Source: Planctomycetota bacterium (GTDB lineage: Bacteria > Planctomycetota > Planctomycetia > Pirellulales > Lacipirellulaceae). Taken from it: a stretch of 64,000 nucleotides of DNA. The notes beneath the pieces were generated by a model. That model did no database searches. It saw only the letters and a program-made list of their open reading frames with translations, and was not told the origin of the DNA. The DNA is taken from the NCBI GenBank assembly GCA_039190745.1, contig JBCCXZ010000010.1, forward strand, positions 15,161-79,160. Reading direction: 5' to 3'. Positions 58,262 to 64,000 of the stretch are shown here, piece after piece (position 1 is the first letter of the stretch; each line of letters begins with the position of its first letter). A program made the position numbers and the translations under genes.

Positions 58262-58819
58262 GTGGACGGACCCATCAGCAGAAGAGCGCATTCCCTAGGC
58301 CTGCTAGGCCTCCTGAATGCCGTCCTTGCTTCTCACCTAGCGCACGCAGGGATCATATCCCCCGCAACGCCAGCAACGGCGACCATCGAGTTCACCCAAG
58401 ACAACACGGTCGAAGCCACTATCGATCTCGTTTCCGTCCTGCCAGGAGAACAGGGCAACGGCTTGCTGATCGGTTTCGCGACAGCGCAGCTCGGAGCTGC
58501 AAATCCAACAACTAACGTCATTGGTAACGCGCAGGCTGGGTACTCGGTCCAAATCAACGCAGACTCTTTCGGAGACATCCCATACGCCGACATCCTAGTC
58601 GCGATCGATTCCATACCCGAGGTGTCCGCGACGCTGGCATTTGCTGTCCCGGGGTCTGCTTTCGATCCCCGCCTGCAGGGCGCTCCACCATTTGCGACTC
58701 TCTCTGGAGGAACCGACGCAATCGTCCCCGAACCGCTCTCGATCGCGTACTGTGCTGCAGCCGGTTTGCTGTTTAGTACTTCGCGATCCCGAACTTGGCG
58801 TTCAGAGAGGCAGCTTTAG
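58262..58819 (+). CDS. PEP-CTERM-like surface protein, paralog 2
   Basis: AAGGAG RBS, AHA signal motif, VPEPLS-TM-RSR tail; shares EATIDL.S.LPGEQGNGL and LSGG.DA with paralog 1. Confidence 0.8.
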   Translation: MDGPISRRAHSLGLLGLLNAVLASHLAHAGIISPATPATATIEFTQDNTVEATIDLVSVLPGEQGNGLLIGFATAQLGAANPTTNVIGNAQAGYSVQINADSFGDIPYADILVAIDSIPEVSATLAFAVPGSAFDPRLQGAPPFATLSGGTDAIVPEPLSIAYCAAAGLLFSTSRSRTWRSERQL

Positions 58820-59333
58820 TGAGTTCGCCTCCTCTGCTGAACGTTGCTTCCTAAGCCGAATCCCGACATCGCCCGGTGTCACTCCGCTTGTATTCCACTA
58901 CCTTGAAACTAGCCACCTGATCGGATATACAGGCATCGCCATCGAGCACCGTTCTTTGAAATCTCAGCCGTTAGCTTCGATCCGTTAGCTCTCCGCCAGA
59001 GCGTCGATCAACTGCGAACACCCTGCGTGTCCGCGCCTCTGCGTGAGGCTTCACTTCCGTCCCTAAGCACCTTGAACCCGCGTGCAAAAAACTCACCCCC
59101 CGCGCGTGGCGCCTGAAGACGCCTAAGCCGCTACTCAACAAGCACTTTGAGTGGGTGCGGTCGATCCCCAAAGAGCAACTTCTGCAAGGCCGCAAGCACA
59201 AAACCCCAAGTATCGCTCGCCCTCGAACAAGGTCTCCGCCCTACAATCTCCGGCCTCTCACCTCCCGACACCGACCCCCCCCAACGACTTTTGGCCCTAT
59301 CGCCGTGAACCGGGTATTCGCGACAATACACAG

Positions 59334-60944
59334 ATGGCTGTCGTCGTCCCCCGCTATCTGGTCCCCTTCCACCCGAAGCGCATCCCGCACCACTTCGTCG
59401 ACGTGCTCATCGTCGGCGGCGGCATCGCCGGCCTCCGCGCCGCCATGGGCGTCGACCCCGCGCTCTCGGCGCTGATCATCACCAAAGACCGCCTCCAGGA
59501 ATCCAACAGCGCCTACGCCCAAGGCGGCATCGCCGGCGTGCTCGACCCCGACGACCGCTTCGAAGACCACGCCGCCGACACCCTCGACGCCGGGGCCGGC
59601 CTCTGCGACGCCGAGGTCGTCGACCTCGTCGTCCGCCAGGCGCCGGGGCACATCCGCCAGCTCATCGAGTGGGGCACCACGTTCGACAACGAAGACGGCG
59701 AACTCACCCTCGGACGCGAGGGCGGCCACTCCGCCCGACGCATCGCCCACGCCCTCGGCGACGCCACCGGCAAAGAAATCATGCGGGCCATGATCCACCG
59801 CGCCCGCGAGGTGCTCAAAGCCCAGGTCTGGCAAGACACCTTCACCATCGACCTGTTGACCCACGAGGGCCGCTGCCGCGGGGCGCTCGTCTGGAACGCC
59901 GACCACGGCCGCACCTTCGTCTGGGCCAAGGAGACCATCCTCTGCACCGGCGGAGCCGGCCAGGTCTACCGCGAGACGACCAACCCCGCGGTCGCCACCG
60001 GCGACGGCCACGCCATCGCCTACCGCGCCGGCGCCGAGCTGGTCGACATGGAGTTCATGCAGTTCCACCCCACGGTGCTCTACATCGCTGGCAGCAACCG
60101 CACGCTGATCACCGAAGCCATCCGCGGCGAAGGCGCCCGCCTCGTCGGCTCCGACGGCGAGCGGTTCATGCACCGCTACGACGACCGCGGCGAACTCGCC
60201 CCACGGGACATCGTGAGCCAGTCGATCGTCGACTACCTGCTCCAGCGGCACGAACCCTGCGTCTACCTCGACCTCAGCCACCTCGACCCCGACCACATCC
60301 GGCGCCGCTTCCCCGGCATCACCAAGCGCTGCGCCGAGTTCGGCCTCGACCTAGCGACCGACCGCATCCCGGTCCGCCCCGGCGCCCACTACATGGTCGG
60401 CGGCGTGCGGATCGATCACCGCGGAGCCACCACGCTTCCCGGGCTCTGGGCCGCGGGCGAGGTGACCAGCAGCGGCCTGCACGGCGCCAACCGCCTGGCC
60501 TCCAACAGCCTTCTGGAGGGGCTCGTCTTCGGGGCCCTCGCCGGCGAAGCCGCCTCGGCCGCCGCGCACGAACAACCCGACACCTACCAGGCGATCCCAC
60601 TGGAGAACCCGCACGGCGACGCTGCGGACGAGCCGCTCGACCTGACCGACATCCGCAACTCTCTCCAGAGCCTCATGTGGCGAGCGGCCGGCGTCCAGCG
60701 CGAAGGGGGCCAACTCCGCTCGGCGGCCGAGACGATCGACGGATGGTGCCGCTACGCGCTCCGGCAGCAGTTCACGAGCCCCGAGGGCTGGGAACTGCAG
60801 AACCTGCTGCTGGTTTCGCGAGCGATGATCGGAGCCGCCCTCCGCAGAGAGGAGTCGCGCGGCGTTCACCTGCGGGCCGACTTCCCCGAACGCGACGACG
60901 CCCAATGGGACCAGCGCCTGCCCTCGCCGCCGGCCGGTGTATGA
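59334..60944 (+). CDS. nadB: L-aspartate oxidase
   Basis: GGGIAG, SAYAQGGIA, REGGHS, QFHPT, HYMVGG, GLHGANRLASNSLLEG, ESRGVH. Confidence 0.96.
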   Translation: MAVVVPRYLVPFHPKRIPHHFVDVLIVGGGIAGLRAAMGVDPALSALIITKDRLQESNSAYAQGGIAGVLDPDDRFEDHAADTLDAGAGLCDAEVVDLVVRQAPGHIRQLIEWGTTFDNEDGELTLGREGGHSARRIAHALGDATGKEIMRAMIHRAREVLKAQVWQDTFTIDLLTHEGRCRGALVWNADHGRTFVWAKETILCTGGAGQVYRETTNPAVATGDGHAIAYRAGAELVDMEFMQFHPTVLYIAGSNRTLITEAIRGEGARLVGSDGERFMHRYDDRGELAPRDIVSQSIVDYLLQRHEPCVYLDLSHLDPDHIRRRFPGITKRCAEFGLDLATDRIPVRPGAHYMVGGVRIDHRGATTLPGLWAAGEVTSSGLHGANRLASNSLLEGLVFGALAGEAASAAAHEQPDTYQAIPLENPHGDAADEPLDLTDIRNSLQSLMWRAAGVQREGGQLRSAAETIDGWCRYALRQQFTSPEGWELQNLLLVSRAMIGAALRREESRGVHLRADFPERDDAQWDQRLPSPPAGV

Positions 60945-61309
60945 CCAGAGATTCTCAGGTTTTTTCGGGTCCGACGGACGAACACTCCAGGGCCAAGCCG
61001 CGTAAGCCAGCGGTATAGACAACCTATCCCGGTAGAGATAGCTTTTACGGTTTGCCCAACCGGGAGGGCGGCCCGCCCGGGTAGTTTCAAGCAACTCCGC
61101 AAGCGGCCTCGGCCGCTCCAGCCGGGGCCATCCAGCGTGGCAGAACATCACGCTGCTCGCATTCGCCCTGATTGTCTGCCGCCGGCCGTCGCCCGGCGTT
61201 GCAGCACAGACCCCGCAGCAGTCCCCAAAGTCGACACCCCTCCCAACGCTCTGTCTCAGAACCACCCTTTCAAGACCACCGTCGCCCAGAAACGCCGCCG
61301 GACTTACCG

Positions 61310-62056
61310 ATGAGTGAAACCCCTGACGCAACCGGCCCGCAGCCGATGATCGAGGCCGACGGGCTCTCGAAGTTCTACGGCAGCTTCGCGGCCAGCCGGA
61401 ACGTGACCTTCGCAATCAACCAGGGCGAAGTCGCTGCGTTCCTCGGCCCGAACGGCGCGGGCAAGAGCACCACGATGAAGCTGCTCACCGGCTACCTTGC
61501 CCCGTCGGCCGGCAAGGCCCGCATCGCCGGTCACGACATGGCCGTCAACCGCATTGAGGGCGCCAAGCGGCTGGGCTACCTGCCCGAGAACGGGCCGCTC
61601 TACCCAGACATGACGCCCCGAAGCCTGCTCACGTTCTTCGGCACAGCCCGCGGGTTGGACGAGAAGCAGCTCGCCGACGGCATCGACCGCGTGATCCACA
61701 CCTGCCGGCTAGAGACCGTTATCGGCAAGCCGATCGGCAAGCTCTCTAAGGGCTACCGCCAGCGGGTCGGCATGGCTCAGGCCCTGCTGCACGACCCCGA
61801 TGTGCTGGTGCTCGACGAGCCGACCGCCGGCCTCGACCCCAACCAGATCCGCGAGGTCCGCAAGATGATCCGCGAGCTGGGGGCCTCGAAGACCATCCTG
61901 CTCTCGACGCACATCCTCCAAGAGGTGCACGCCATGTGCAACCGCGTCGTGTTCATCAACGAGGGCCGGCTCGTGTTCGACGGCACGCCCGACGGGCTCG
62001 GCGAGCAGCACTCCGACCTCGACTCAAAGTTCAGCCAACTCACCGGCGCCGCCTGA
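61310..62056 (+). CDS. ABC transporter ATP-binding protein (GldA-like)
   Basis: GPNGAGKS, LSKGYRQRVG, LDEPTAGLDPNQI, STHIL. Confidence 0.94.
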   Translation: MSETPDATGPQPMIEADGLSKFYGSFAASRNVTFAINQGEVAAFLGPNGAGKSTTMKLLTGYLAPSAGKARIAGHDMAVNRIEGAKRLGYLPENGPLYPDMTPRSLLTFFGTARGLDEKQLADGIDRVIHTCRLETVIGKPIGKLSKGYRQRVGMAQALLHDPDVLVLDEPTAGLDPNQIREVRKMIRELGASKTILLSTHILQEVHAMCNRVVFINEGRLVFDGTPDGLGEQHSDLDSKFSQLTGAA

Positions 62057-62122
62057 GCGAAGAAGCTCAAGCCCGCCGCGTACCGTTCAAGACCGCACCG
62101 AGAAGCGAAGAGACCCCCCGCC

Positions 62123-64000
62123 ATGAACCTGACGGTCCTGCGAGCGATCTTCCAACGCGACTTCGTCAGCTATTTCTCGAGCCCGACGGGCTACGTGTTT
62201 ATCTGCGTGTTCGTCGTGCTCAGCTCGCTGGCCACCTTCTGGCCGCCCGAGTTCTTCCAGAGCAACCTGGCGAACCTCGACCAGCTCAGCCGCTGGCTGC
62301 CGTTCATCATGCTCGTGTTCATCCCCGCGATCACGATGAGCACCTGGGCCGAAGAACGCCGCCAGGGCACTGACGAGCTGCTGCTCACGCTCCCGGCGAC
62401 CGACTTCGACGTCGTGCTCGGCAAGTACAAGGCGGGCGTGGCCATCTTCACCGTCTCGCTGCTGTTCTCCGCCATGTCGATCTGGGTCGTCTTCAAGTGG
62501 GGGCTGGGCGACCCCGACTTCGGCTTGTTCGTCAGCACGTACATCGGCTACTGGTTCATCGGCATCGCGATGGTCGCCGTCGGCATGGTCGCCTCGTTCG
62601 TGACCGACAACCTCACGGTCGGCTTCATCCTCGGCACGGTCTTCAACCTGCCGCTCGCGCTGTTCGGCGTAGCCGACTGGTTCCTCAAGAACCCGTCGGT
62701 TTCCTCGTTCGTCCGCCGCTGGAGCGCGGCCGAGCAGTTCCAAGACTTCGAACGGGGCGTCATCAGCCTCGGTGGGGTCACCTACTTCGTGATGATCGCC
62801 GTGGTCATGCTCTACCTCAGCATGGTGCTCATCGGCAGGCGCCACTGGCAGGCCCGCGACGACGGCGAGTCGCTCGGTGGGCACTACCTCGTCCGCACGA
62901 TCGCCCTGCTCTTGATCGCCGTCGGCGTCACCCAGTTTGTTCGCGACCGCAACAGCCTCCGCGTCGACATCAGCACCGAACAGCTCAGTTCGCTCTCGGG
63001 CGACACGCTCGCCTTCCTAAAGCAGCTCCGCGATAACGACGACGCGAAGCCGATCGAGATCGAGGCCTTCGTCAGCCCGCAGGTCCCCGCCGAGTACGCC
63101 CCCGTCAAACTCAGCCTGCTATCGACGCTTGAGGAACTGAAAGCCCGCAGCGGCGGCAAGATCCGTGTCACCAAGAACGAGATCGAGAACTATGGCCCCG
63201 AGGCCGTCCGCGCCGAACGCACCTACGGCATCACGCCCGAGGAGATCGTCGTCACCAGCGGCAAGGAGCGTTCGCAGGAAGAGTTCTTCATGGGCGCCGC
63301 CTTCACCTCCGGCGTCCGCAAGGTCGTGGTGCCGTTTATCGGCAAGCGGACCCCGGTCGAGTACGAACTGGTACGCTCGATCTGGACCGTCTCCGAACCC
63401 GAACGCAAACGCATCGGCATTGTCGGCACCGGCTTCCCGCTCATGCGGGACTTCTCCGGCGGCCAGAACGACGATTGGCCGCTGGTCACCGAGCTCCGCA
63501 AGCAGTACGACGTCGACGACCGGCCCATCGATCCCACCCGTCCGATCCCCGACAACTACGACGCGATCCTCGCCGTGCAGCCCTCGATGCTCGGCCCCCA
63601 AGAGATGGACCACCTCGTCGACGCGGTCCGCCGCGGCACGCCGACCGTCATCCTGGAAGACCCTCACCCGCACCTGTTCTACGCCCAAACCGTTCCCGGC
63701 ACGGCCGAACCGAAGCAGGCCGGCGGCGGCATGATGGGCATGTTCGGCGGCGGCGGCAACGAACCCAAGGGCGACATCAACCAGCTCTGGCGGACCCTCG
63801 GCATCGATTTCAGTCCCATTGAAGTCGTCTGGCAAGACTACAAGCCCGAGCAGAGCGTCCGCGCCGAGAGCGACCTGCAGTGGGTCTTCATCGACGAGGG
63901 CAACGGCGCCCCCGAGCCGTTCAACGAAGAGAACCCGATTACCTCCGGCCTCAACCAGGTGCTGCTGCTGTACCCGGGCGCCGTTTCGAAAGACTCCGAC
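62123..64000 (+). CDS. ABC-2 permease / GldF-GldG-like fusion (3' end outside window; absent from ORF track)
   Basis: Manual translation MNLTVLRAIFQRDFVSYFSSPTGYVF...IPAITMSTWAEERRQGTDELLLTLP...RVDISTEQLSSLS; no stop seen before window end. Confidence 0.9.
   Translation, partial: MNLTVLRAIFQRDFVSYFSSPTGYVFICVFVVLSSLATFWPPEFFQSNLANLDQLSRWLPFIMLVFIPAITMSTWAEERRQGTDELLLTLPATDFDVVLGKYKAGVAIFTVSLLFSAMSIWVVFKWGLGDPDFGLFVSTYIGYWFIGIAMVAVGMVASFVTDNLTVGFILGTVFNLPLALFGVADWFLKNPSVSSFVRRWSAAEQFQDFERGVISLGGVTYFVMIAVVMLYLSMVLIGRRHWQARDDGESLGGHYLVRTIALLLIAVGVTQFVRDRNSLRVDISTEQLSSLSGDTLAFLKQLRDNDDAKPIEIEAFVSPQVPAEYAPVKLSLLSTLEELKARSGGKIRVTKNEIENYGPEAVRAERTYGITPEEIVVTSGKERSQEEFFMGAAFTSGVRKVVVPFIGKRTPVEYELVRSIWTVSEPERKRIGIVGTGFPLMRDFSGGQNDDWPLVTELRKQYDVDDRPIDPTRPIPDNYDAILAVQPSMLGPQEMDHLVDAVRRGTPTVILEDPHPHLFYAQTVPGTAEPKQAGGGMMGMFGGGGNEPKGDINQLWRTLGIDFSPIEVVWQDYKPEQSVRAESDLQWVFIDEGNGAPEPFNEENPITSGLNQVLLLYPGAVSKDSD

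Noticed and set aside
58820..59333. Short ORFs or ncRNA upstream of nadB
   Set aside because: No RBS-supported ORF with recognisable features and no tRNA-like or clear conserved structure; only a short repeat half-array.
61172..64000. Gld-like ABC genes as evidence of gliding motility
   Set aside because: GldA/F/G-like ABC systems occur widely in non-gliding bacteria; no other gld/spr genes in the window.

Overview
High-GC, gene-dense chromosomal segment, most consistent with a planctomycete of the Pirellulales. The assignment is inferred from a DUF1559 prepilin-like protein, a redoxin-cytochrome-monooxygenase fusion, a DUF1573/multiheme pair, PEP-CTERM-like proteins and a nusA-infB-rbfA operon with no rimP. 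Housekeeping genes: ruvB, rpmF-fabD-fabG-acpP-fabF, nusA-infB-rbfA, yebC, proS, yhaM-like-rnr, gcvT-H-PA-PB plus a lipoate ligase, metF, glgP, cysC, lpxK, nadB and a GldA/GldF-GldG-like ABC system. Between them are small accessory inserts (two RelE/ParE-type toxin-antitoxin pairs, an orphan ORF, two tandem PEP-CTERM-like paralogs) and several REP-like palindromic repeat families. No rRNA, tRNA, CRISPR array, transposase or integrase was recognised. Most unusual observations: (1) two unrelated REP-doublet families each occur twice with arms in the same orientation but the spacer inverted, and each pair brackets a gene cassette; (2) a FabF paralog with all three catalytic residues replaced; (3) an apparently inactive EndoIII-like fold with a histone-H1-like tail behind rbfA; (4) a small two-gene unit with an HTH/Zn-finger gene behind an AT-rich palindrome; (5) a G>C to C>G skew switch across the window with a weak dif-like candidate. 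Family assignments are by eye from motifs; no searches were run.
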